Below are positions 1-8,413 of a stretch of DNA of 64,000 nt, one piece after another. The position numbers and the translations under genes were made by a program. The first letter of the stretch is position 1. Each line of letters begins with the position of its first letter. Source of the DNA: Candidatus Zixiibacteriota bacterium (GTDB taxonomy: Bacteria; Zixibacteria; MSB-5A5; GN15; JAAZOE01); NCBI GenBank assembly GCA_043819555.1, contig JBDREQ010000009.1:1-64000 (forward strand). The letters are read 5' to 3'. Below the pieces are notes generated by a model. The model searched no databases. It was not told the DNA's origin and saw only the letters and a list, made by a program, of their open reading frames with translations.

Positions 1-2
1 AT

Positions 3-239
3 CAGGGTGTCGCAACTTATATCAGTTTCTGTAATGAATACAAAACCGCCGTAGTTGTTCTGACCAATATTTCAAATCACAGCGCCGTCAGTTCTATTAA
101 ACAGCTTTTATTTCAGTTTTCTGAACAAGGAATTCACCTAAACGGAAGTGATTTTTCAGATGCTAATGGAGGTGATGGCGATGGTCTATTGGGGCAGGGT
201 GAGATTATCGAAATGACGGTATCGATCTTATATATTTAA
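3..239 (+). CDS. 3' fragment (C-terminal ~78 aa) of a beta-lactamase-related serine hydrolase (class C beta-lactamase/PBP-like family); the 5' part lies upstream of the window
   Basis: Frame 3 is open from the window edge to TAA at 237-239. The translation QGVATYISFCNEYKTAVVVLTN resembles the conserved C-terminal region of AmpC-type enzymes (G-x-Y-x-F-x-P-E-K...IVVLTN). No start codon lies inside the window. Confidence 0.45.
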   Translation, partial: QGVATYISFCNEYKTAVVVLTNISNHSAVSSIKQLLFQFSEQGIHLNGSDFSDANGGDGDGLLGQGEIIEMTVSILYI

Positions 240-1112
240 ATTCCGTACTCTCTATGTGATTATTATATTTCCGTCTGAAACATTGAAGGGATGGCTCGCA
301 TGTTGCCTGTAAATGCGAATTACAAATAAAAACGGTTATAAGTATTATCAACTACTTGAGTGATTAAGTGTTCAGGTTGAGTTCGAATCTACAAAAAGGG
401 TATACCTGTAACTGTTTAGAATGCAATAGCTTAAAATTTGCTCCCCCAACTATTCAGAACTCAGAACTTTTGAGTTCGAGTTCAATCTATAATACCATCA
501 AATGGTTAACCTGAATCGTTGTAGCATCTTTGCGACCAGAACAAGTGCTCATAGACCTTGGGAAGGGGGATGGTAAAAAATGCATGAATCGATGATCGAA
601 TTTCCAGTTTATCTAATAGATCAAGATAACTGGATGATTTTGATTAATTATGAAAATGGCTTAGAGTATCATCTCGAAACCATTGATATTGAGGAAAACG
701 AATATTCCGGTTGGGATTCAAAAGGCCAGCAGGGCGGGATCCCTGCGATCCCGCCAATCCCGATAAAATCGGCAGCATCACAGGGATGCTACCCTACTGA
801 CTATAAAAGTGGATGATTTCAGAAAATGCGGTGGGTTGGTTGGATTTTTGTAATGCTTTTATATTTTCCCCACAGCAAGCTGTGGGGCACCCGGGGCATC
901 GAGATAATCTTAAATTGTGTTACAGTCCAATATTTTGAATATATTCGGCAAAATCTTGCTTTAAAAGCGTATCAATATAGTATAATTGAAATAGAATCAG
1001 AAGATCGATATTTTGGATGTATTCTATTCCGGTAATTTTTTTGGGATTTTTTATGGAATAAGCGTATAGTGTGTTAATTATGATATGAAACTTTATTTTA
1101 GGAAATTTAAAA

Positions 1113-1478
1113 ATGAGACGCAGTAAATATTTAAGAAAATTGAGAATTGGCTCTCCAGTAGCGACAACAGTCATTTTAATGTCACTTATTATTTGCAATT
1201 TACTGCTGGGATGTGCGACAACTAAACCAAACATTGATAAACTGGCCGAACAGGGAAGTGAAGTCAGAATTTATGAGGTTTTTGGAATGGACTGTCCCGG
1301 ATGCCATAGTGGATTGGAAAACCTGGTTAATGGTATTGAAGGAGTACAGACTTCGCGAGCCAATTGGGAAAAACAACGGCTGGAGGTAGCTCTATCTCCA
1401 AATTCTAATGTAGATGATAGCAAAATTCTTGATGCAATTAAAAAGGCCAACTTCACTCCCGGTGAACGGATAAAATAA
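1113..1478 (+). CDS. Heavy-metal-associated (HMA) domain lipoprotein (metallochaperone-like)
   Basis: Lipoprotein-type signal peptide (…LLLGC). The GMDCPGCHSGLENLV M-x-C-x-x-C metal-binding motif is typical of HMA/CopZ/MerP domains. Confidence 0.65.
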   Translation: MRRSKYLRKLRIGSPVATTVILMSLIICNLLLGCATTKPNIDKLAEQGSEVRIYEVFGMDCPGCHSGLENLVNGIEGVQTSRANWEKQRLEVALSPNSNVDDSKILDAIKKANFTPGERIK

Positions 1479-1480
1479 AT

Positions 1481-2353
1481 ATGAAAATTGTCACAAAACT
1501 CGCAACTCCAATTGCCGTCGCCACCGCACTATTGATTTTTTGCTGTCTGATGATAGAGACAGCCCGGGCCACCGGAATTAGTATTGATGCCGGATTAACA
1601 CCTGCCCAGAACCGATGGGTTTTGAGAAGCCAGGTGCGTTACATGCAGCGAGACAACGGCCCTCCGGGTGCAATGAGTGAAATGAGAACATACATGGTCC
1701 CGTTCGTACTGGCTCACGGTCTCCGCTCCGATCTTACAATCATGCTTCGCCAGATTGTAGCTGATAAACGAATGACTATGATGGACCGGAGTTCTTCGAA
1801 ATCCGGGCTTACCGATCTGATGTTAATGGCCAAATACCGCCTGGCCCGAATCAACACTCCCACTTATACCCTTGGAATTGCTGCAACTCTTGGGCTGGAG
1901 ATGCCCACCGGGGCAAAATATTTTACATCAGACAGCTGGGATATGCGCTCGGGGTTATTCCTCTCCGGCCGCTCTGGTTATTGGGGAATGGATCTAAATA
2001 TTGCATATTTTTGGGACGGGATGATTGCGACTAATGACACTGACTTAAATCCGGGAGATGAATTATCTATCCTGGGTGCGATTTCCAGACGGTTTGGTTT
2101 TGGATCGCAGGCCGATAAGGCATTGGAGCCGTTGGTCGAGGGTTCGTATCAAAAGATTTGGGCTAATGCCTTGGATAATAATACCGTGCCCAATACCGGT
2201 GAATCTGTTTTTGTACTTTCCCCCGGAATTAAATTTACGTGGCTGTCATATGTCTTGGAAGGGCTGGTACAAATTCCCATATGGCAGAATCAAAAGGGAC
2301 TGCAAACAGAACGGGCCGTCGGATTCCTGGTTGGTATCCGGATCATGAACTGA
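1481..2353 (+). CDS. Secreted or outer-membrane hypothetical protein (signal peptide); possibly a metal-related partner of the upstream HMA protein
   Basis: 290-aa ORF starting 3 nt after the HMA gene stop. It has an N-terminal hydrophobic signal sequence ending ARA-TG. No recognisable catalytic motif. Confidence 0.5.
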   Translation: MKIVTKLATPIAVATALLIFCCLMIETARATGISIDAGLTPAQNRWVLRSQVRYMQRDNGPPGAMSEMRTYMVPFVLAHGLRSDLTIMLRQIVADKRMTMMDRSSSKSGLTDLMLMAKYRLARINTPTYTLGIAATLGLEMPTGAKYFTSDSWDMRSGLFLSGRSGYWGMDLNIAYFWDGMIATNDTDLNPGDELSILGAISRRFGFGSQADKALEPLVEGSYQKIWANALDNNTVPNTGESVFVLSPGIKFTWLSYVLEGLVQIPIWQNQKGLQTERAVGFLVGIRIMN

Positions 2354-2634
2354 CCCTTGCTTCCGGAACTTGAAATTCGTTCCATATAACAAATCAGAAA
2401 ACCCATCAATTATCTAATACCAACCTTAATGGAAGGCTTGGCCAATTTTCTCCGCCTCCAAACTCCTAAATATCCGCTTGCGTTTTTGTGCCAAATTGGT
2501 ATATTATTTGGCTCTGGCCCAAGGGGCGGATTACGCCTGTTGGTATGGTATGATTGATTGCGTATAGGTAATTTCGAGACCTGCCTGCGCCGGATATTGA
2601 GATTGTAAACGACGATTGTACTGAGACGAAAACA

Positions 2635-3957
2635 ATGTTTGACAGCCTGACTGAAAAATTAGAAGCGACGTTTAAAAAACTCCGCGGACATGGAACACTG
2701 ACCGAGGAGAATATCAAAGACGCCCTCAAGGATATCCGCCGGGCTCTTCTTGAAGCCGACGTCAATTACAAAGTCACCAAAGAATTTATCAATGATATTC
2801 AGGCCGACGCTATTGGGGCGGCGACTATCCGGTCGGTCGATCCGGGCCAGCAGGTCGTAAAAATCGTCCATGAAAAATTAGTCAAACTGCTCGGTGAAAA
2901 AACTGCCGATATTCGTGTTTCCGAGCGTCCCCCCTCAATTATCATGATCTGCGGTTTACAGGGTTCAGGCAAAACGACGCTGGCGGCCAAACTGGGATTG
3001 AGATACAAAAAGAAAAATAAAAAAGTCCTTCTGGTCGCCGCCGATCCGTATCGTCCCGCGGCTGTTAAGCAGTTGCAGATGCTGGGGAAGCAGATTGAAG
3101 TGCCCGTTTTTGAGATGGGCCAGGATGATCCGGTCAAAATCTGCAAAGAAGCGATTAACAAGGCGCGCAAAGAATTTGTTGATTTGATAATATTCGATAC
3201 CGCCGGGCGGTTGCATATCGACGATGAGCTGATGACCGAGCTGACCAATATTAAAAAGATGGCCGAGCCGCAGGAGATATTGCTTGTCGCCGACGCCATG
3301 ACGGGCCGGGACGCGGTCAATGTCGCCGGAGAGTTTCATAAGCAGCTCGATATAACCGGCGTGGTGCTTTCCAAGCTTGACGGCGATGCTCGCGGCGGAG
3401 CGGCTCTTTCTATTCGAGCCGTAACCGGATGCCCGATTAAACTGGTCGGAATCGGCGAGAAATTGACTGATTTTGAAGCGTTTCATCCCGACCGGATGGC
3501 TTCGCGAATATTGGGCATGGGTGATATTGTCTCTTTCGTCGAAAAGGCGCAGGAGATGGTCGATATAAACGAGGCGGAAAAACTCGAGAAGAAGCTGCGC
3601 AAAGCCCAGTTTACATTGGAAGATTTTTATAGCCAGATGCAGCAGTTGAAAAAAATGGGACCACTGGAATCACTATTGGAGATGATTCCGGGTATGGGAA
3701 AAGCCCTTAAAGGGGCAACGCTTGATCCTAAGGCTATGAAGCGGGTCGAGGCGATGATTCTGTCGATGACACCATATGAACGCCAAAATCCCAATATAAT
3801 AAACGGCTCCCGCCGTAAAAGAATAGCCAACGGTTCGGGAACCACTGTCCAGGATTTGAATAGAATGTTAAAACAATTCGGACAGATGAAAAAAATGTTG
3901 AAAAACGTTGGCAGGATGGGCATGAAAAGTATGCCTAAAAACATGCTGCCATTTTAA
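2635..3957 (+). CDS. ffh: Signal recognition particle protein Ffh (SRP54 GTPase)
   Basis: N domain plus GTPase motifs: GLQGSGKTT (P-loop), DTAGR and TKLDGDARGG. The C-terminal M domain is Met-rich (…MKKMGPLESLLEMIPGM…). Confidence 0.95.
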   Translation: MFDSLTEKLEATFKKLRGHGTLTEENIKDALKDIRRALLEADVNYKVTKEFINDIQADAIGAATIRSVDPGQQVVKIVHEKLVKLLGEKTADIRVSERPPSIIMICGLQGSGKTTLAAKLGLRYKKKNKKVLLVAADPYRPAAVKQLQMLGKQIEVPVFEMGQDDPVKICKEAINKARKEFVDLIIFDTAGRLHIDDELMTELTNIKKMAEPQEILLVADAMTGRDAVNVAGEFHKQLDITGVVLSKLDGDARGGAALSIRAVTGCPIKLVGIGEKLTDFEAFHPDRMASRILGMGDIVSFVEKAQEMVDINEAEKLEKKLRKAQFTLEDFYSQMQQLKKMGPLESLLEMIPGMGKALKGATLDPKAMKRVEAMILSMTPYERQNPNIINGSRRKRIANGSGTTVQDLNRMLKQFGQMKKMLKNVGRMGMKSMPKNMLPF

Positions 3958-3984
3958 TACTTTTAGTTGTAAAGGAAGGAGCTA

Positions 3985-4332
3985 TTGGCCACAAAAATCA
4001 GATTAAAACGGATGGGCAGTAAGAAACGCCCGTATTATCGCATCGTCGCGATTCATTCGCGCCGTGCGGTCAACGGTACGATTCTTGAAAATATCGGTCA
4101 TTACGCCGCTATTGAAAAACCGGCCCGGGTGATAGTTGATGAGGAAAAAGCGTACAAATGGCTCGATGAGGGCGCAGTTGTATCCGATACAGTCGCTTCG
4201 CTTTTTACTCAAATCGGCCTGACCAAAAAATATCTAGCCAAAAAAGCCGGACAGGATATTTCCGAGATGACTATCAACGAAACCATAACGGAACGACCCA
4301 AAAAGAGGAAATCGAAGAAAAAAGCGGAATAA
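3985..4332 (+). CDS. rpsP: 30S ribosomal protein S16 with a basic C-terminal extension
   Basis: TTG start preceded by AGGAAGGAG. The N-terminus (V/A)TKIRLKRMGSKKRPYYRIVAIHSR is the conserved S16 start. The tail is lysine-rich (…RPKKRKSKKKAE). Confidence 0.9.
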   Translation: MATKIRLKRMGSKKRPYYRIVAIHSRRAVNGTILENIGHYAAIEKPARVIVDEEKAYKWLDEGAVVSDTVASLFTQIGLTKKYLAKKAGQDISEMTINETITERPKKRKSKKKAE

Positions 4333-4398
4333 CCTCACATATTATCATAATCAAATGCGCAGTAGTTTCACTGATTTCTGACTACAAAGGAGTATCGT

Positions 4399-4629
4399 AT
4401 GAAAGAGTTTATTGAGACGATCATTAAGGCGTTGGTTGATCAACCTGATATGGTTAAATTAACTGAAATACAAGGCGAACGAACTACCGTTTATGAATTG
4501 CACGTCGGTGACGGCGACCTTGGTAAGGTAATCGGAAAGCATGGCCAGACGGCCAAGTCGATCCGAACTCTGATTGCCGCGATTTCCGCCAAAAAAGGCA
4601 AACGCGCTGTTCTTGAGATATTGGAATAA
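4399..4629 (+). CDS. KH-domain RNA-binding protein (YlqC/UPF0109-like), typical member of the rpsP-rimM operon
   Basis: 76-aa ORF with the GxxG KH signature (VIGKHGQTAKSIR). It occupies the conserved position between rpsP and rimM. Confidence 0.8.
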   Translation: MKEFIETIIKALVDQPDMVKLTEIQGERTTVYELHVGDGDLGKVIGKHGQTAKSIRTLIAAISAKKGKRAVLEILE

Positions 4630-5175
4630 GTGGCCGCTCGACCGGAATACATTGTCATCGGGCGGTTTGGCCGGCCGAAGGGATTATCCGGAGAGATTTT
4701 TATAACCCCGGAAACCGATTTCCCTCATCGATTTCTGGAATTGAAGGAACTTTTAGTTACCGACGGCGAAATTCGACGGCCATTGAAAATTGAATCAGTC
4801 AAATTCGTTGGCGACCGGCCGATTGTTAAAATCACCGGAATAACAAGCCACGAATCGGCCGCTGAGTTGACCAATAAAACGATTGAAATTCCGGGCGAGC
4901 AGGCGGTTCCGTTACCCGAGGGCAGCTATTATCAATTCGACATTGTCGGCTCGGAAGTAATGGGAATTGACGGAACAAAATACGGGATTATTGAGGAAGT
5001 GTTGTTTTATCCGGCTAGCGATATTTTCCGGATAAAATCGGAAAAATATGGAGAGGTGTTATTCCCGGTGATAGACAGGTTTATTATTGGGATTGACATT
5101 GAGAAAAAAAAGATTATAATTGACCCCCCGGCCGGTTTACTTGACGGCGGGGAAAATCAAACCGAAGCAGAGTAA
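4630..5175 (+). CDS. rimM: Ribosome maturation factor RimM
   Basis: N-terminal IVIGRFGRPKGLSGEIF motif plus a PRC-barrel-like C-terminus. Position in the operon supports the call. Confidence 0.9.
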   Translation: MAARPEYIVIGRFGRPKGLSGEIFITPETDFPHRFLELKELLVTDGEIRRPLKIESVKFVGDRPIVKITGITSHESAAELTNKTIEIPGEQAVPLPEGSYYQFDIVGSEVMGIDGTKYGIIEEVLFYPASDIFRIKSEKYGEVLFPVIDRFIIGIDIEKKKIIIDPPAGLLDGGENQTEAE

Positions 5176-5176
5176 A

Positions 5177-5968
5177 ATGCTGAGGATAGATTTAATTACT
5201 CTTTTCCCCGAAGCAATGGTGAAGCCATTGGAATCATCACTTTTGGGCCGGGGAAAAGCGGACAAGCTCTTTGACATCAACATCATTCATCTGCGGGATT
5301 TTGCCACAGATAAACACAACACTGTCGATGACACTCCTTTTGGCGGCGGGGGCGGAATGGTTCTTAAACCCGAACCGCTGGCGGCGGCGCTGGATAGTCT
5401 CGGAATTGATTTTGATAATTTTGACCGGGATAAGAACAGAATCGTCCTGACGGCCGCATCGGGAAAAACATTCAGTCAGGAAAAGGCGACGAAACTGTCT
5501 CTCCTGGAAAGACTGGTCGTTATCTGCGGGCATTATAAAGGAATCGACGAAAGAATATTGCGGTTATACCCGATAGATGAAATATCAATCGGCGATTATG
5601 TACTGACCGGCGGCGAGCCGGCGGCATGGGTGATTATCGACGCGGTTGTCAGATTAATCCCCGGGGTTGTGGGAAATATCGAATCAGCCATTAGCGATTC
5701 ATTTACCGAAGATAAGCTTCTGGGCGCTCCGGTGTACACCCGCCCGGCTGAGTTTAGAGGATTGAAAATACCCGAGGAATTAATATCGGGGCATCATGTC
5801 GAGATTGAAAAATACCGGCGGCGGGAATCACTTAAAAAAACCGCTGCCAACCGCCCCGAGTTGATTGATAAGGCCGATTTGATTGACGAAGATAGAGAGT
5901 TTTTGAAGAAAATAAAAAATGAATTTATAGAAGGGAGTGGTTCTGATGAAAAGAATCGCCCAGATTGA
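5177..5968 (+). CDS. trmD: tRNA (guanine37-N1)-methyltransferase TrmD
   Basis: [12 protein letters not shown]…[14 protein letters not shown] matches the SPOUT-family TrmD signature. Its ATG overlaps the rimM stop. The longer track ORF from 5120 is an upstream extension in the same frame. Confidence 0.9.
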   Translation: MLRIDLITLFPEAMVKPLESSLLGRGKADKLFDINIIHLRDFATDKHNTVDDTPFGGGGGMVLKPEPLAAALDSLGIDFDNFDRDKNRIVLTAASGKTFSQEKATKLSLLERLVVICGHYKGIDERILRLYPIDEISIGDYVLTGGEPAAWVIIDAVVRLIPGVVGNIESAISDSFTEDKLLGAPVYTRPAEFRGLKIPEELISGHHVEIEKYRRRESLKKTAANRPELIDKADLIDEDREFLKKIKNEFIEGSGSDEKNRPD

Positions 5969-6425
5969 AAACCAGTATATAACGGATATGCCGGAATTCT
6001 GCTCCGGCGATACCGTCGCCGTTCATTATAAAATTAAGGAAGGCGATAAAGAGCGAATTCAGGTTTTCAAGGGTACGGTTATAAGCCGCCGCGGATCGGG
6101 AACCGGAAAAACATTTACCGTTCGCAAGATTTCATCCGGTATCGGCGTCGAGCGCGTCTTTCCCCTGTTCTCGCCGAATATTGACAAAATTGAACGGGTA
6201 ACGATGGGACGGGTTCGCAGGTCTAAGCTATATTACCTGAGAGGATTGACTGGCAAATCGGCTCGCATCAAGGAAAAACTTGGCGACAGAATCGAAAAAG
6301 AAAACAATAATAAAGGCATTAAAGCGGCCATCGCGCCGGTAGTGGAAAAAGATCCGGAACCGGCCAAAGCCGCCGAACCGGAAGTCGCCGAGACTCCCGC
6401 CGTTGAGGAAAAAACAGAAGATTAA
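5946..6425 (+). CDS. rplS: 50S ribosomal protein L19 with an acidic/Ala-Pro-rich C-terminal extension
   Basis: [11 protein letters not shown]…[23 protein letters not shown] is the canonical L19 core. The tail after ~aa 115 is low-complexity ([22 protein letters not shown]). Confidence 0.9.
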   Translation: MKRIAQIENQYITDMPEFCSGDTVAVHYKIKEGDKERIQVFKGTVISRRGSGTGKTFTVRKISSGIGVERVFPLFSPNIDKIERVTMGRVRRSKLYYLRGLTGKSARIKEKLGDRIEKENNNKGIKAAIAPVVEKDPEPAKAAEPEVAETPAVEEKTED

Positions 6426-6463
6426 GCGCTTTGTTTGATTAATTCAGACAAACTCTGCCGGAA

Positions 6464-6489
6464 AACCCCGTGAAAGCGGGGTTTTTTTT
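6464..6489 (+). terminator. Rho-independent terminator of the ffh–rplS operon
   Basis: Hairpin AACCCCG-TGAAAG-CGGGGTT followed by T8. Confidence 0.6.
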
Positions 6490-6572
6490 GTTGCGGATAA
6501 TTCTCATGATTTTCAATATTGTACAAATGTAATATATCAATATTATGCAACAAATCAAGCCGAGGAGGTTTC

Positions 6573-7146
6573 ATGTCAAAAGTAATGATTATACTTGGGG
6601 CGGCATTATTCATCATGACTGGTTTTTCATTTGCCGAAACGCCGATTGAAAAAGGTGGAATTATTCTTGAGGGACAAATATCAATGATGTCTCAATCAGG
6701 AGAATTGCATGAGAATTATGAGGGAGACGGGTTGACTACAGTTGTATTAAATCCCTCAATGGGATTTTTTGTGACCGACGGATTGTTGCTGGGAGCCAAT
6801 TTTAGCCTGCTGTCCATATCACAGGGAGACAACTCTTACAGCGAATTGCTCGTTGGTCCAAAAATCGCGTATTACATCAATACCAATAAGAATCGTCCGG
6901 AAGCAAAGGGCGCGGCATATCCTTATGTCGGCGCGTTTTTTAATTTCGGCTCGATTGATTAAGGCGATGATCCCAATATCAGTACCTCAGAATTTGGCGC
7001 GCAGGCCGGAGTTGTAATCATGATCTCCAATGCTGTCGGCGCCAATCTGGGATTGAGATTTTCATCGGATAAATGGAGCGCTGATGGCTATTCGGAAACC
7101 GGCACAACCGTTATGTTCGGAGTAGGGATAACGTCGTTTTTGTATT
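6573..7146 (+). pseudogene. Small outer-membrane beta-barrel protein (OmpW/OmpA-barrel-like) interrupted by an in-frame TAA at 6960-6962
   Basis: RBS GAGGAGG followed by ATG at 6573 and a signal peptide ending SFA-ET. The translation shows alternating hydrophobic beta-strand patterning. After TAA at 6960 the same frame continues open for 61 codons and ends …GVGITSFLY*, the typical aromatic C-terminus of an OMP barrel. Confidence 0.5.
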
Positions 7147-7167
7147 AAGTGATAAATGGTTCGTATT

Positions 7168-7200
7168 GGGCAATATTCTGATAGTATCAGAATATTGCCC
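7168..7200. terminator. Bidirectional terminator hairpin between convergent genes
   Basis: Perfect palindrome GGGCAATATTCTGATA-G-TATCAGAATATTGCCC (16-bp stem). It lies between the OMP gene (+) and the 7206..7742 gene (-). Confidence 0.5.
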
Positions 7201-7205
7201 AGCTC

Positions 7206-7742
7206 TCATTCCAGTTTTTCGATAAAACGATAGATGATTTCGTTGAGGTCGGTGACTTCGTGGGACAGATTAATATCCAGATCCGATTCAAGCTCGTCGG
7301 TAATATTCTTGACGCAGGCGGCCGTCGCGGCCGGTATCCATTTGCCGATATCTTTGCCGTTTACTTCCTCATCCCTGAAAAGCATGCTGCACCATTGGTC
7401 ATAATAGGGGTGCAAATTATCAATCGCATTGATTACCAGATTCTCATAATCATATTCTCGATTGGTGGCGGCATAGACGGCCGTCAGCCAGTCGCGCAGG
7501 GGAGTTTTGGAATTATCCAGAACTTCTCTCATTTCATTGGCGTTGGAAATGATGTTTTCTTTGAGCGATAAAACACATAGAACAGCGGCAAAATTTTCCT
7601 GCAAGATAGTGCCGATATGAGCCAGTTTCAAAAAATACCCTCGGCCGATCAGGTAATTGGTCATTTCGGTGCAAAGTTCTGATGAGATAACGACCAGTTT
7701 TTCGGCCGTTTCCGATGAATAAGTTTGTTTCGGCATAGCCAA
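7206..7742 (-). CDS. Hypothetical protein
   Basis: 178-aa ORF with a plausible start and no recognisable motif. It is convergent with the OMP gene. Confidence 0.5.
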   Translation of the reverse strand: MAMPKQTYSSETAEKLVVISSELCTEMTNYLIGRGYFLKLAHIGTILQENFAAVLCVLSLKENIISNANEMREVLDNSKTPLRDWLTAVYAATNREYDYENLVINAIDNLHPYYDQWCSMLFRDEEVNGKDIGKWIPAATAACVKNITDELESDLDINLSHEVTDLNEIIYRFIEKLE

Positions 7743-8017
7743 ACCTCAAATAAATGAAATCGTCACACACAATGAAGTTTTAGCCAAAGAAGCAGGTCAG
7801 AAATTTATATTCCAATCCCTGTTGAACATCAAGATTTGAACTAATACTATTATATAAAATTATCACTGGCGGCGCAAGAGGGTCAAGAGCAATTTGGTTA
7901 TTGATTTATATTAAAAATTGTCCTTTCATAACGTAACACTTGTGAAATATCAGCAGAACTAAATCAAATTATTTGCGAAAACATGGAATTTTGCGTAAAT
8001 ATTGAGGGAGGCAATTT

Positions 8018-8299
8018 ATGGCAACTTTTATTATGGCAATGAATATAAATTCGGACGCAAAGAAGGCGCATCCGGATTTATCGCATCAAATCAACTCGTC
8101 GTTGGATGTATTTTCCAAAAATAAAGTGAAGGTTGATAATCTGTTCGCCACGCTGGGGCGGTACGATTATATCGCGTTATTCGAAGCTGACGATCAGACC
8201 ATTGCGTTTCGGGTGGCATCCGAGATTAACAGCCGGGGCATATTGGAAACCGAAACCTGGCCGGTGATATCGTATGAGGACTTTTCGAGGCTGATATAA
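8018..8299 (+). CDS. GYD-domain protein
   Basis: 93-aa ORF containing LGRYDYIALFEADD, which matches the GYD family signature. RBS GAGGGAGG precedes the ATG. Confidence 0.6.
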   Translation: MATFIMAMNINSDAKKAHPDLSHQINSSLDVFSKNKVKVDNLFATLGRYDYIALFEADDQTIAFRVASEINSRGILETETWPVISYEDFSRLI

Positions 8300-8413
8300 A
8301 GGGCAGAAATTCATCTATTCTTGCGATTGCGGACTTATAAATCAATTATTACTTGACAATTCATAAATTCTAATTATTTTATATTATTGTTCTTGGAGGC
8401 AATTGGAGGATAT

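Noticed and set aside
371-490. tRNA genes suggested by GTTCGAATC / GTTCAATC T-loop-like motifs
   Set aside because: The flanking 5 nt do not form a T-stem, and no acceptor stem or anticodon arm can be built. At most these are tRNA-derived remnants.
580-1035. ORFs 580..816 and 826..1035 as protein-coding genes
   Set aside because: They have no RBS or motif support, sit in very AT-rich DNA full of palindromes, and the second one overlaps a stronger antisense ORF. They are treated as non-coding.
2058-2348. 96-aa ORF nested within the 1481..2353 gene in another frame
   Set aside because: It lies entirely within a longer ORF that has a signal peptide, and its product is Trp/Arg-rich nonsense. 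It is spurious.
2354-2634. SRP RNA (4.5S) expected near ffh
   Set aside because: No domain-IV-like symmetric/asymmetric loop motifs (GGAA/AGCAG) could be found. The region looks like a promoter plus 5' UTR.
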